From a bacterium (GTDB lineage Bacteria; UBA8248; JACPRG01; G963555815): a stretch of DNA of 64,000 bases. This document shows, piece after piece, positions 9,433 through 19,033 of the stretch. The stretch covers positions 5,056,001-5,120,000 of the forward strand of contig OZ244653.1 of NCBI GenBank assembly GCA_965218795.1. The letters run 5' to 3'. Numbering within the stretch: position 1 is the first letter of the stretch; every line of letters begins with the position of its first letter. Position numbers and translations under genes: made by a program. The notes beneath the pieces were generated by a model that saw only the letters and a program-made list of their open reading frames with translations, was not told where the DNA came from and did not search any database.

Positions 9433-12366
9433 ATGCCGGACAATATTTCCATTCGAGGCGCGCGCGAACACAATCTCAAAGGGATCGATCTGGACCTCCC
9501 GCGTGGCCGGTTCATCGTCATCACGGGCCTGAGCGGTTCCGGGAAGTCATCCCTTGCCTTTGACACGCTGTATGCCGAAGGCCACCGAAGATATGTAGAA
9601 TCGCTTTCCACGTATGCCCGGCAGTTCCTGGAGCGGGTGGATAAACCCGACGTCGAGTACATCGAGGGCGTTTCGCCGGCCATCGCCATCCAACAGCACA
9701 ACCCTGTGAAGCATTCCCGCTCTACGGTCGGGACGGCGACGGAAATCTACGACTACCTTCGTCTTCTCTTTGTGAAGGCGGGAGAAACCTTTTGCCCCGA
9801 CTGTGACCGGCTTGTCCGCCCGGATACCGTGGAAGCCGCCGTCGACCGGCTCCTGACCGAACACTCGGGAGATCGGGCCTATCTGACTTTTCCGGTGGAC
9901 GCTTCCCCGCCCCGGTCGGCGCCCGGGAAAAAATCCCGGCCCGGGAAGCAAGAGCGAAAAGAACGAATTGGGAACGCCCTGAATCATCTTTTGGCCCGAG
10001 GGTTTGTGCGTGTCTGGATCGACGATGAACTGTACAACCTGTCCGAGGCGGAAGAGATGGCGGCGGCCGGACAAACCGAATCCGGCGACATGACAGCCGT
10101 CGTGGATCGTCTCCGCATTGATGAGGGAGCGCGTTCGCGTCTGGACGATTCGCTCGAAGCCGCCTTTCGGGAGGGTGCGGGAAAAGCAGAGGCGAGAATC
10201 GTCGAAGGGCCGCGAATCCCGTTCTCCCGGGGATTCGGCTGCTCTTCCTGCGGTAAGTCCTTCGAGCCCCCGACCCCGCTGTTCTTCTCGTTCAACAACC
10301 CGCGGGGAGCCTGCCCGGATTGCGGCGGGTTCGGGAATCGGCTGGACCTGGACCTGGATCTGGCCATCCCGGACCCGTCCAAGAGCCTGGCGCAGGGAGC
10401 CGTTGACCCGTGGAACCGGCCCCGATACAAGGGATACTTTCAGGGCGAGTTAAAAAAGCTGTCCCGATGTGAGGGTGTGAAGCTGAACGTCCCGTTTCGA
10501 TCGCTTCCCAAGAAGCACCAGCGGATGGTCATCGAGGGAACGGGAGACTTTCGGGGCCTCCGGCCGTTCTTCGAACGCCTCAACCGGAAAAAGTACAAGG
10601 TTTGGGTCAGAATGTTCCTCAGAAAGTACCTCGGTACGTTCCCCTGTCATCGCTGCAACGGAACCCGCCTCAGAGAGGACGCCCTTTATGTGCGGACCGG
10701 CGGATTGAACATCGCCGAGGCCGGGGCCCTCTCTGTCCGGGAGCTTCGCCTTTTTCTGGAAGGGATCGACTGGTCCCGGCAACAAGCCGGCGTGGCGCAG
10801 GATATCCTGGCCCAGCTTCACTCCCGGCTCGAATTCCTGGCCTACGTCGGCGTGGATTATCTGACGCTGGACCGCCTGACGCGTACCTTGTCGGGAGGGG
10901 AGGCGCAGCGCATCAACCTGGCCAACCAACTGGGGGCCCAGCTCGCCGGGACCCTGTATATCCTGGATGAGCCGACCATCGGACTCCACCCGAGCGACAA
11001 CGCGAAGCTGCTTGAAATCCTGAAAGGGCTGACACGGGTCGGAAACACCGTCGTCATCGTCGAGCACGACCGCGACGTGATCCGGGAAGCCGAATTCCTG
11101 GTCGACCTCGGTCCGGGCGCGGGAGAGCGCGGCGGCCAGGTGGTGTTCGCGGGCCCGTCTCCGGGGATTCTGGACTGCGAGGCGTCCATGACGGCCGACT
11201 ATCTTCGCGGAGAGCGCGAAATTCCGGTTCCGGATACCCGGCGCGCGATCGGGAAGGTTCCGACAGGAAAACGTAGGCGGAAACAGGGACGGGGGCTCCG
11301 GGAAACCGCAGACGGGAAGACAGAATTCCTTTCCCTCCTTGGAGCCTCGGAAAACAACCTCGAGAATGTCGATTTCCATATCCCCCTCAAAAGGTTCACC
11401 TGTGTGACGGGTGTTTCCGGATCCGGCAAGAGCACGCTGGTCCACGACACCCTCTATCAGGCGCTTCGACGAATCTTTCACGGGGGTTCGCATCCCCTCG
11501 GGCGATTCAGGGAAGTTCAGGGGGTGGACGAGATCCGGGACGTGGTGCTTCTGGATCAAGCCCCCATCGGGCGGACGCCGCGATCCAATCCGGTGACCTA
11601 CATCAAGGCATACGATCCAATCCGCAAGCTGTTCGCCCAGACGTCAGGGGCCCGCCTGCGGCGGTATGGGCCCGGCCATTTTTCCTTCAACGTGGCCGGG
11701 GGACGATGCGAGCGATGCAAGGGAGACGGCTGCGAAAGGATCGAGATGCACTTCATGGCCGATCTGTTCGTCCGCTGCCCGGAATGCGATGGGAAGCGTT
11801 TCCGTACGACGACCCTGGAGGTCCGGCACCGCGGAAAGAACATTCACGATGTCCTTTCCATGACGGTCAGCGAAGCATTGCGTTTCTTTGCGAGTGAGCA
11901 AGGCGTGGTCCGCCGGCTGGAGGCGCTCTCCCGTGTGGGGTTGGGGTACGTCCGCCTGGGACAGCCCGCCACGACGCTCTCCGGCGGCGAGGCGCAACGG
12001 TTGAAGATTGCAGCGCAGCTCGCGGGAAGGGATCCGGAGAACCTTCTCTATATCCTGGATGAGCCCACTACGGGTCTGCACTTTCACGACGTGGAGGTCC
12101 TGCTTCGCGCCCTTCACCGGCTGGTCGTGCTGGGGAACACCGTCCTGGTCATCGAGCACAACCTGGATGTGATCAAGACGGCGGACCATGTGGTGGATCT
12201 GGGTCCCGGTGGAGGAGATGCCGGCGGCCGAATCGTCGCGCAGGGCTCGCCCGAAGCGATTGCGGCGGACCCGGAATCCCTCACAGGTCAGTACCTGCGG
12301 CCCCTCCTTGAGCCGAAACCGAGAAAAGGGTCCATACCCGCAGGCAGCGCGGCCGCTGCTTCCTGA
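9433..12366 (+). CDS. uvrA: excinuclease ABC subunit A
   Basis: GAREHNLK, two Walker A motifs (GLSGSGKS, GVSGSGKS), LSGGEAQR twice, zinc fingers. Confidence 0.95.
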   Translation: MPDNISIRGAREHNLKGIDLDLPRGRFIVITGLSGSGKSSLAFDTLYAEGHRRYVESLSTYARQFLERVDKPDVEYIEGVSPAIAIQQHNPVKHSRSTVGTATEIYDYLRLLFVKAGETFCPDCDRLVRPDTVEAAVDRLLTEHSGDRAYLTFPVDASPPRSAPGKKSRPGKQERKERIGNALNHLLARGFVRVWIDDELYNLSEAEEMAAAGQTESGDMTAVVDRLRIDEGARSRLDDSLEAAFREGAGKAEARIVEGPRIPFSRGFGCSSCGKSFEPPTPLFFSFNNPRGACPDCGGFGNRLDLDLDLAIPDPSKSLAQGAVDPWNRPRYKGYFQGELKKLSRCEGVKLNVPFRSLPKKHQRMVIEGTGDFRGLRPFFERLNRKKYKVWVRMFLRKYLGTFPCHRCNGTRLREDALYVRTGGLNIAEAGALSVRELRLFLEGIDWSRQQAGVAQDILAQLHSRLEFLAYVGVDYLTLDRLTRTLSGGEAQRINLANQLGAQLAGTLYILDEPTIGLHPSDNAKLLEILKGLTRVGNTVVIVEHDRDVIREAEFLVDLGPGAGERGGQVVFAGPSPGILDCEASMTADYLRGEREIPVPDTRRAIGKVPTGKRRRKQGRGLRETADGKTEFLSLLGASENNLENVDFHIPLKRFTCVTGVSGSGKSTLVHDTLYQALRRIFHGGSHPLGRFREVQGVDEIRDVVLLDQAPIGRTPRSNPVTYIKAYDPIRKLFAQTSGARLRRYGPGHFSFNVAGGRCERCKGDGCERIEMHFMADLFVRCPECDGKRFRTTTLEVRHRGKNIHDVLSMTVSEALRFFASEQGVVRRLEALSRVGLGYVRLGQPATTLSGGEAQRLKIAAQLAGRDPENLLYILDEPTTGLHFHDVEVLLRALHRLVVLGNTVLVIEHNLDVIKTADHVVDLGPGGGDAGGRIVAQGSPEAIAADPESLTGQYLRPLLEPKPRKGSIPAGSAAAAS

Positions 12367-12528
12367 GCCGGCGTCCAAAATAGGGTCCGGTCCGATGTGG
12401 CGGCAAGGACGCCCCGCAGCTCGTCCGTTTCTCGCAGATGATGACCCGGGCGGGGTTGCAGGCAAAGCTGTAACCTGGGGGGGCTTTTTGGAAGCCGCCC
12501 CCCAGACCCCCTGGAAAACTTTTGTTTC

Positions 12529-12568
12529 GCGACAGAGAGGCGGCTCTTCAGAGCCGCCTCTCTGTCGC
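12529..12568. terminator. perfect 18-bp hairpin between convergent uvrA and mreB
   Basis: gcgacagagaggcggctc-ttca-gagccgcctctctgtcgc. Confidence 0.6.
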
Positions 12569-12589
12569 ATGAAGCGAAGATTCAAAAGG

Positions 12590-12760
12590 ATGACTAACGG
12601 GACGGCGGGGAAAGTCCGGAAAGGTCTGGATCAGGACTATAGAAACCATTCCATCATAGGATTTCGCTTCAAAGATGAGCAATACCCTGTGAAAACCTGG
12701 AAGGACCTTGAGCTTGACGTACCGTGACCAGATGTGTGTCAGGGTCTCTGCGAAGAAGAT
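12590..12760 (+). pseudogene. lower-GC gene relic (restriction-associated-like domain fragment)
   Basis: DYRNHSIIGFRFKDEQYPVKTWKDL followed by a stop; resembles a GFxF...YxVxTWKDL motif. Confidence 0.35.
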
Positions 12761-12826
12761 CAACCCATTAGGGCTGCCCTTCTTCGCGATAAGAAAGTTT
12801 TGCGGGGGTCCCCAGGGCTTTGTCGC

Positions 12827-13852
12827 CTAGCTCACGCAGACGCGGGAAAGCTCCTTCATGTTTTCCAGGACTTGGCCGGTCCCGCGGACTACCGCGGTCA
12901 GCGGCTCTTTGGCCCGAAAGATGGGAAGCCCCGTCTCTTCGTGGAGACGGCTCCCCAGGCCCTTCAGGAGCGAACCGCCTCCGGCGAGCACGACCCCGCG
13001 CTTCTGGATTTCGGCCGCCTGCTCCGGAGTCGTGCGCTCCAGGGCCCGCCGGATTGCCTCTACAATGGCCCGCACGGGGCTGTGAAGGGATTCGCGGATG
13101 ATCGCATCGTCCACGCTGACCGATTTTGGGATACCCTCCACCAGGTCGCGCCCGCGGACCACCGTCTCCAGACGGGAATTAAGCTGCGCGGCGGACCCGA
13201 CCTCGATCTTCGCCCGCTCAGCCTCGAACGGTCCAATGGCCAGGTTGAAAGCCTTTCGGATGCCGTTCTGAATAGCCTCATCCATCTCGTCGCCGGCCAC
13301 GCGAATCGATTCGCTATAGACGGTCGCGTACCGGCTGATGACGGCCACTTCCGTGGTTCCTCCGCCGATATCCACAATCATGTTGTTGGCGACCTCGCTG
13401 ATGGGCAGCTTGGCGCCGATGGCCGCGGCCATCGGCTCTTCAATCAGGTGGACCTTGGAAGCCCCCGCGGCCAGGGCGGATTCCCGGACGGCTTTCTTTT
13501 CCACCTGGGTGATGCCTGAGGGGATGCAGACGATCATCCGGGGCTGCAGAAATCTCCTTTTCTTGTACACCTTGCGAATGAAATACCGAATCATCGCCTT
13601 CGTGACTTCGTAGTCGGCAATGACTCCGTCTTTCATCGGGCGAATGATGGCGATGGATTCCGGCGTCCTCCCCCACATCTTTTTGGCCTCATGGCCGACG
13701 GCCAGGATTTTTCCATTGCTCTGGTCGATGGCCACAACGGAAGGCTCATCCAGAATGATGCCCCGGCTGCGAACGAAAATAAGGCTGTTGGCGGTGCCCA
13801 GATCCATCGCAATGTCGGTGGGGAGCCAGCGGGATAGTAGAAAAGCGAACAT
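12827..13852 (-). CDS. mreB: rod shape-determining protein, MreB-like (no mreCD adjacent)
   Basis: DLGTAN, EPSVVA, RPMKDGVIAD, EEPMAAAIGA, DIGGGTTE, LAGGGSLL. Confidence 0.93.
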   Translation of the reverse strand: MFAFLLSRWLPTDIAMDLGTANSLIFVRSRGIILDEPSVVAIDQSNGKILAVGHEAKKMWGRTPESIAIIRPMKDGVIADYEVTKAMIRYFIRKVYKKRRFLQPRMIVCIPSGITQVEKKAVRESALAAGASKVHLIEEPMAAAIGAKLPISEVANNMIVDIGGGTTEVAVISRYATVYSESIRVAGDEMDEAIQNGIRKAFNLAIGPFEAERAKIEVGSAAQLNSRLETVVRGRDLVEGIPKSVSVDDAIIRESLHSPVRAIVEAIRRALERTTPEQAAEIQKRGVVLAGGGSLLKGLGSRLHEETGLPIFRAKEPLTAVVRGTGQVLENMKELSRVCVS

Positions 13853-13855
13853 GTT

Positions 13856-15316
13856 TCAGTCTTTGACCTCCGCACTCGCGCAGATAGGTTCCTGACCGCG
13901 GGTCTTGGCCCATTCCAAGGCTCGAAGGCCCTGGGCGATAAGCTGCCCTTCCGTGACGCCGTCCCGCGGAAATACCGCCAATCCAACGTGTAACGAGAGC
14001 CGGACTTCCCCGGACCTGGCTCGGAAGTAGGAGTGCTCCAGCGTATCCTGGAGCCTGCGGGCCACTTCCCTGGCGGCTTCCAAGTCTTTTCCGGGTAGGC
14101 CCATGACAAACCGGTGACCGAGGAATCGGCACAGCAGGTCCGGTTCCTCCAGGAAGCGTTGGTAAAACGCGCCCAATTCTCCCATGAGGTGATCGCCCGC
14201 CTGACGGCCGCGTTCGGCATAGACCGCACCAATGGCTTCCGCATCGGCAATCAGGATGGATAGCGGCCGAAGCGTATCCGATGCCACCGCCAGGGATTCC
14301 CGTAAATGACTGGAGAACTTGGCATATTGGGAAAGCCCCGTGACCTCGTCTCGATCTCTCATGCCTTCTGAATGCGCGCGCATCATCGCGGCCGCCAACG
14401 GGCCGGAGACGAGCCCTTGGAGGATTTCGGCAGCCGCCAGCTCGCGGTCGTCGTATCCACCCGGCTCCGTGCGGGCGAAGGCCAGCATGCCCAGGATCTC
14501 CTCACCGATTTTCAAAGGAACGCCCAGAAATGCGCCGAGCGGCGCGTGGGGTTCATCGGGATGGAAGAGGCACGTCTTTCGGAGTTCATCTTTGATGGTG
14601 GGGAGATGAAAGGTTTCACCATTCGTGAGGACCCACCCGGCCAGACTGCGATCGGGCGCAACCGGATGGCCGATGGGTGAGGCGTGCGCGTGCGTCAGGC
14701 TCCGTGCGACCGTGAATTGATTCTCACCGGGGGTCCGCATCACGAGGGCCGCCAAATCGTAATCCAAAAGGCGCTTGGGAATGTTACAGGCGGCGTCGAG
14801 GACGGCCTCCACATCCTGGCAGTCCGCGAGGGGCGCGGCGTAATCCCGAAGTGCTTCCAGGGTGACTCCCTGCCTGCCGATCTGCCGGTAGACATCCGTT
14901 TTCTCCAGTTTTCGCGTTATCTGGTCTGCGAAGCCGCTCAGTATCTTCTGCACCTTCGGGGTAAAGACGTATTGCCGTTTGCTGTCGATGCTGAGCACAC
15001 CGGTCCCCTCGGGGGTTGCCACGGGAACGGCCATGAAGGATTTGATTCCTTCCTCGGTGCGATAGATTCCGAGGGCCGATAGGTCGTGCGGGAATTCAGT
15101 CGAGTGGATGGGATCCCCCCGCTCGGCGACCCACCCGATCAGGCCTTGCCCGACTTGGATTGCCAAATCTTGACGAAGATGGTCGCTGAGCGTGTGAGCG
15201 GCTCGAAGCTGCAGGACCCCCTCGGATTCCAGTGGCAGGAACAGGACCGCCGTATAGGCGTCGGTGACGTTGCTCACCAGTTCTACAAGGCTGTGGAGAT
15301 CCTGGTCGAGTCTCAT
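13856..15316 (-). CDS. GAF-GAF-degenerate GGDEF protein
   Basis: GQGLIGWVA..SFMAVP and second GAF (LAGWV..FLGVPL); RDEVTGL, GRQAGD, CRFLGHRF in place of RxGGDEF. Confidence 0.85.
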   Translation of the reverse strand: MRLDQDLHSLVELVSNVTDAYTAVLFLPLESEGVLQLRAAHTLSDHLRQDLAIQVGQGLIGWVAERGDPIHSTEFPHDLSALGIYRTEEGIKSFMAVPVATPEGTGVLSIDSKRQYVFTPKVQKILSGFADQITRKLEKTDVYRQIGRQGVTLEALRDYAAPLADCQDVEAVLDAACNIPKRLLDYDLAALVMRTPGENQFTVARSLTHAHASPIGHPVAPDRSLAGWVLTNGETFHLPTIKDELRKTCLFHPDEPHAPLGAFLGVPLKIGEEILGMLAFARTEPGGYDDRELAAAEILQGLVSGPLAAAMMRAHSEGMRDRDEVTGLSQYAKFSSHLRESLAVASDTLRPLSILIADAEAIGAVYAERGRQAGDHLMGELGAFYQRFLEEPDLLCRFLGHRFVMGLPGKDLEAAREVARRLQDTLEHSYFRARSGEVRLSLHVGLAVFPRDGVTEGQLIAQGLRALEWAKTRGQEPICASAEVKD

Positions 15317-15399
15317 CGGGACAGGGGGTAATACGCGGCAATCATCATTGTCCAGGAGCGTAGCATGATTTCAAGACCCCTGCAACGTTTTGTTTCTCA

Positions 15400-15649
15400 A
15401 ATGGTTCTCGGGATAACGCGAAGCGGTGAATGCAATTCAGGCCGGCACGCAGGGATGGAAGGCACCGTTGCCGGGCAGGCAGCCTGCTGAGGCTCGACCC
15501 ATGAGGGCATTGGAAGAAAGATTGGCTCCAGTAAGGTCCGGAAGTCGGCTCCTGACGCGGGCTTGTTCCCGCCCGATTTGGTCGAGAGGTTCCACGCCAT
15601 GTGTGATACCCGCCGCGCCGAGGACCAGAAGCAGAGCCAGGGGATTCAC
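15400..15649 (-). pseudogene. frameshifted, truncated EamA paralogue remnant
   Basis: VNPLALLLVLGAAGI/[+1 nt]HMAWNLSTKSGGNKPA aligns with the N-terminus of neighbouring EamA (MTPLALGLVFVAGVFHVLWNYLAKASENKTA). Confidence 0.7.
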
Positions 15650-15819
15650 GGGGATGCCTTTCGGGTTGCGGCGAGGAGGGTGACCGGGGACGCGTTCCGC
15701 GATTTCAAGCGGCCCAAACCCCGATTCAAATCCGTGACAACAACGAGACAAGCGGCGCCGTTAAACGGAGCCTATCATATATACCCGATATCACAACCGG
15801 AATCGGTCCGGCATCCAAA

Positions 15820-16683
15820 TCATTTCGCGAAGGCAAGCAGGACGACGCCGAATACGATCAGCGCGGCACCGGAAATCCGCGAGAGGGCGTGCCCCTCTTT
15901 CAATGCGAACGCCCCGGCCATGGTCCCGAATACCAGGCGGATTTCCCGGCCCGCTACGACGTAGGCCACCGGGGCCATCGTGTAGGCGAACAGGATCAGG
16001 GCGTAGGCGATCGGCATCAGAAGCCCTAGTACGATCAGACGGATTGCCTGGCCCCGCCATGTCTCCCGGATGGGTTTCATGCCATTCATCAACGCCAGGG
16101 GCGTGAAGAACACCGCGGTCATGAAGAAAACAAGGTACGTATAGAGGACCGGATCCACGATCCCCACCCCGACCTTGTCGACCAGAGAAAAAAGAGTGAT
16201 CGCCCCCCCTGAGAGCAAGGCCCACATCGATCCTGGCGCGCGCGACGACGACCCGGGATCCTTCCGGGAACCCGACTTCATGTGGAGGACAAAAATTCCC
16301 AATAGAACCAGGGTGATCGCCGCCCCCCCCATCGCGGAGATTCGCTCCGCCAGGAACGGAACGGAGAGGACAGGGACCAGAAACACGCTGCTTCCCCGCG
16401 CCAGGGGGTAGACCAGGGAGAGATCGCCGGCTTCATAGGCCTTGCCCAGCGACCCGAAATACACGGCGTGGCTCAACCCGGATACGAGCACCATCGTCCA
16501 ACCCTTTGCGGGCAGGTCGATCGGATCGCCCAAGGCGAAGAAGACGGGCAGATAGGTGATGATGAAAACGGTGTTGATGATCCACAGAAAGGCCGTCTTG
16601 TTCTCGCTGGCCTTGGCCAGGTAGTTCCAGAGCACGTGGAAAACGCCGGCCACGAAAACCAACCCGAGAGCGAGAGGTGTCAT
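15820..16683 (-). CDS. EamA/DMT family transporter
   Basis: About 10 TM segments; AYEAGDLSLVYPLARG, YVVAGRE. Confidence 0.9.
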   Translation of the reverse strand: MTPLALGLVFVAGVFHVLWNYLAKASENKTAFLWIINTVFIITYLPVFFALGDPIDLPAKGWTMVLVSGLSHAVYFGSLGKAYEAGDLSLVYPLARGSSVFLVPVLSVPFLAERISAMGGAAITLVLLGIFVLHMKSGSRKDPGSSSRAPGSMWALLSGGAITLFSLVDKVGVGIVDPVLYTYLVFFMTAVFFTPLALMNGMKPIRETWRGQAIRLIVLGLLMPIAYALILFAYTMAPVAYVVAGREIRLVFGTMAGAFALKEGHALSRISGAALIVFGVVLLAFAK

Positions 16684-16932
16684 CGGTCAATCCCTGGAGG
16701 GATGAATCCTGCCGGGAAGAGCGGGAATCCAGTCTTCCGGTCGGCGAGATGATACACGCCGAGGTCGTATTTGCAACCTCAGTCCGTTCCGCATTGCAAG
16801 GTTCTTCCGCTTCTCCTAATATCGGCGTACTCGAAACGGGCTTACATGGACGTCTCGACCGGCGCCCGAAAACCGGCGCGCTTTCGGCGACTGTGCCAAT
16901 CGCCCGTTGAATCATCGTACGCGGCAGGGTCG

Positions 16933-18036
16933 ATGGGTTCAAAAATATTCACTCCCGGTCCCGTTTACGTCCGTCCGGAGATACTGGCCGAGATGGGGCG
17001 ACATCCCATCGGGCACCGGGGCGACGAGATGCACATGTTGCTCGCGGGCATCCTGCCGGGGCTCCGCGAAGCGTTCGGATCCGCGAAGGGGGGCGCTGTC
17101 TTCACGGCGGCATGTTCCGGAACGGGTCTCATGGAGACGGCCATCGCCAATGCCGTCCCGCGGAAGGGGAGGGTTCTGAACCTGATCGTGGGGACGTTCG
17201 GCGAGCGATGGCACGCAATCACGAGGGCCGCGGGCAGGGAGGGCCATCCCCTGAGGGTCGATTGGGGCCGGCCCGTTACGCCTGAGGCTGTGGAGGAAGC
17301 GCTCCGGAGCCAACGCTACGACGCCGTTACGTTGACGCACAACGAAACAGCCACCGGCGTTCTCAATCCACTGGCCGATACCGCCTCGGTCGTAAAGCGG
17401 TTCGAAGGAGTCCTGCTCCTCGTGGACGCGGTGAGCAGCCTGGGGGGCGTTCCGGTCGAGGTCGACCGCAACGCGATCGATTTCGCTTTGTCGGCATCCC
17501 AAAAGTGCCTTGCGTTGCCGGCGGGGCTGGCCGTGGCGTTTGCCTCGGGTCGATGCATCGACCGGGCGCGGAGCAATCCGGACCGGGGCTTCTATTTCGA
17601 CCTGTTACGGTTCGCATCGACTTCGGAAGACCTCGAGCCCGCGTTCACGCCCCCCACGTCGAACCTTTTCGCCCTTCGGCGCCAATTGGAGGACATCGCC
17701 CGGGAAACCCTTTCTTCCCGTTATGAGCGCCACCGGGCCATGATGAAGACCGTTCACGCCTGGGCCGGGGGAGGTGCCGCGCAGCGGGCGGGATTCTCTA
17801 TCTTGGCCGACCCGGCGCATCGGTCTCCGACCGTGACAGTCGTTCGCGCCCCGGAGGCCTTCAAGCTCGGCCCTTTCCTGTCCTCCCTCCAGCGGCGGGG
17901 ATACGTTGTGGGGGGTGGCGTCGGGCAGGTCGCGCGGACGTCGTTCCGTATCGGCCACATGGGGGATCTCTCCGTGGAGGACGTTCAGGGGCTCGCGGGG
18001 GCTCTCACAGACTGCCTGGGAGAGATGGAGAACTGA
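16933..18036 (+). CDS. class V aminotransferase (alanine-glyoxylate/serine-pyruvate type)
   Basis: FTPGP, HNETATGVLN, LVDAVSSLGG, SQKCLALPAG, FRIGHMG. Confidence 0.9.
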   Translation: MGSKIFTPGPVYVRPEILAEMGRHPIGHRGDEMHMLLAGILPGLREAFGSAKGGAVFTAACSGTGLMETAIANAVPRKGRVLNLIVGTFGERWHAITRAAGREGHPLRVDWGRPVTPEAVEEALRSQRYDAVTLTHNETATGVLNPLADTASVVKRFEGVLLLVDAVSSLGGVPVEVDRNAIDFALSASQKCLALPAGLAVAFASGRCIDRARSNPDRGFYFDLLRFASTSEDLEPAFTPPTSNLFALRRQLEDIARETLSSRYERHRAMMKTVHAWAGGGAAQRAGFSILADPAHRSPTVTVVRAPEAFKLGPFLSSLQRRGYVVGGGVGQVARTSFRIGHMGDLSVEDVQGLAGALTDCLGEMEN

Positions 18037-18098
18037 ACAGGACGAGGAAAAAACTCCGATGGCCCGGCGTTTTGACCGGAATGAGAACCTCGCGAATT

Positions 18099-18254
18099 GT
18101 CGTTCCGAGCGCAGCGGGGAATCTGCTCAAGCGCAAAACTTGTTGTTTTTGAACGGGTTGATAAAAAGCTCCCTGATTTTGAAGAAGATTCCTCGCTCAG
18201 GATGACACGGAGGGCATCGTCTCGGGCCTCGAAACCGTTTTTCCGCAGTCTGCT
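18099..18254. repeat. palindromic intergenic repeat doublet plus MITE-like end
   Basis: gtcgttccgagcgcagcggggaatct...agattcctcgctcaggatgac; gtttttccgcagtctgc matches the reverse complement of 53369 gcaggctgcggaaaaac. Confidence 0.55.
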
Positions 18255-18283
18255 CATGGATGTGCGGATTGGAAGGGCAAAGT

Positions 18284-18988
18284 ATGAAGGGTGAGAAAAT
18301 CGCCGTGGTCACGGGCGGGAACCGGGGGATTGGGTTTTTCATCTGCCGGGGGCTGGCCGAAAAAGGCGTTCAGGTGGTGCTCACTGCGAGGGGCAAGAAG
18401 GCCGGGGAGGCGGCCCGCGCCAAATTGCGCAAGGAAGGTTTGGATGTTCACTTCATGCGGCTGGACGTGACGGACGAATGGAGCATCCGCAACTTCACGG
18501 GCGATCTGAAGAAGGAATTCGGAGGGCTGGACATTCTCATCAACAACGCCGCGGTCAACATCGATAAGGGCGTTCGCGGACTGGACGCGGACATCGAAAT
18601 CCTTCAAAGGTCGATTGAAACGAACGTCTATGGGCCCCTCGGTCTGTGCCAGGCCCTGATTCCGGTGATGAAGAAGAGGGGAGGGGGGCGAATCGTCAAT
18701 GTGTCCAGCCAGATGGGGACGATGAGCCACATCCGCGGAGGCAATCCGGGCTACCGGATCTCGAAGGCGGCCTTGAACGCCCTGACCCTCATACTGGCAG
18801 ACGAAGTTCGGGACTCGAGCATCCTCGTGAACGCCATGACCCCCGGCTGGGTCCGGACGGAGATGGGCGGCCAATCCGCGCCCCGCTCTCCGGAGGAAGG
18901 CGCGGACACGGCAGTCTGGCTTGCCCTTCAGCCGGATACGGGCCTAACGGGCAAGTTTTTCATGGACCGAAAGGTCGTTTCCTGGTGA
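18284..18988 (+). CDS. SDR family oxidoreductase (carbonyl reductase-like)
   Basis: TGGNRGIG, LINNA, YRISK, PGWVRTEMGG. Confidence 0.92.
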   Translation: MKGEKIAVVTGGNRGIGFFICRGLAEKGVQVVLTARGKKAGEAARAKLRKEGLDVHFMRLDVTDEWSIRNFTGDLKKEFGGLDILINNAAVNIDKGVRGLDADIEILQRSIETNVYGPLGLCQALIPVMKKRGGGRIVNVSSQMGTMSHIRGGNPGYRISKAALNALTLILADEVRDSSILVNAMTPGWVRTEMGGQSAPRSPEEGADTAVWLALQPDTGLTGKFFMDRKVVSW

Positions 18989-19033
18989 GCGGTTTCGCAG
19001 CGGACAATCGAAATTCTGGAGGACGGGAAAGAC

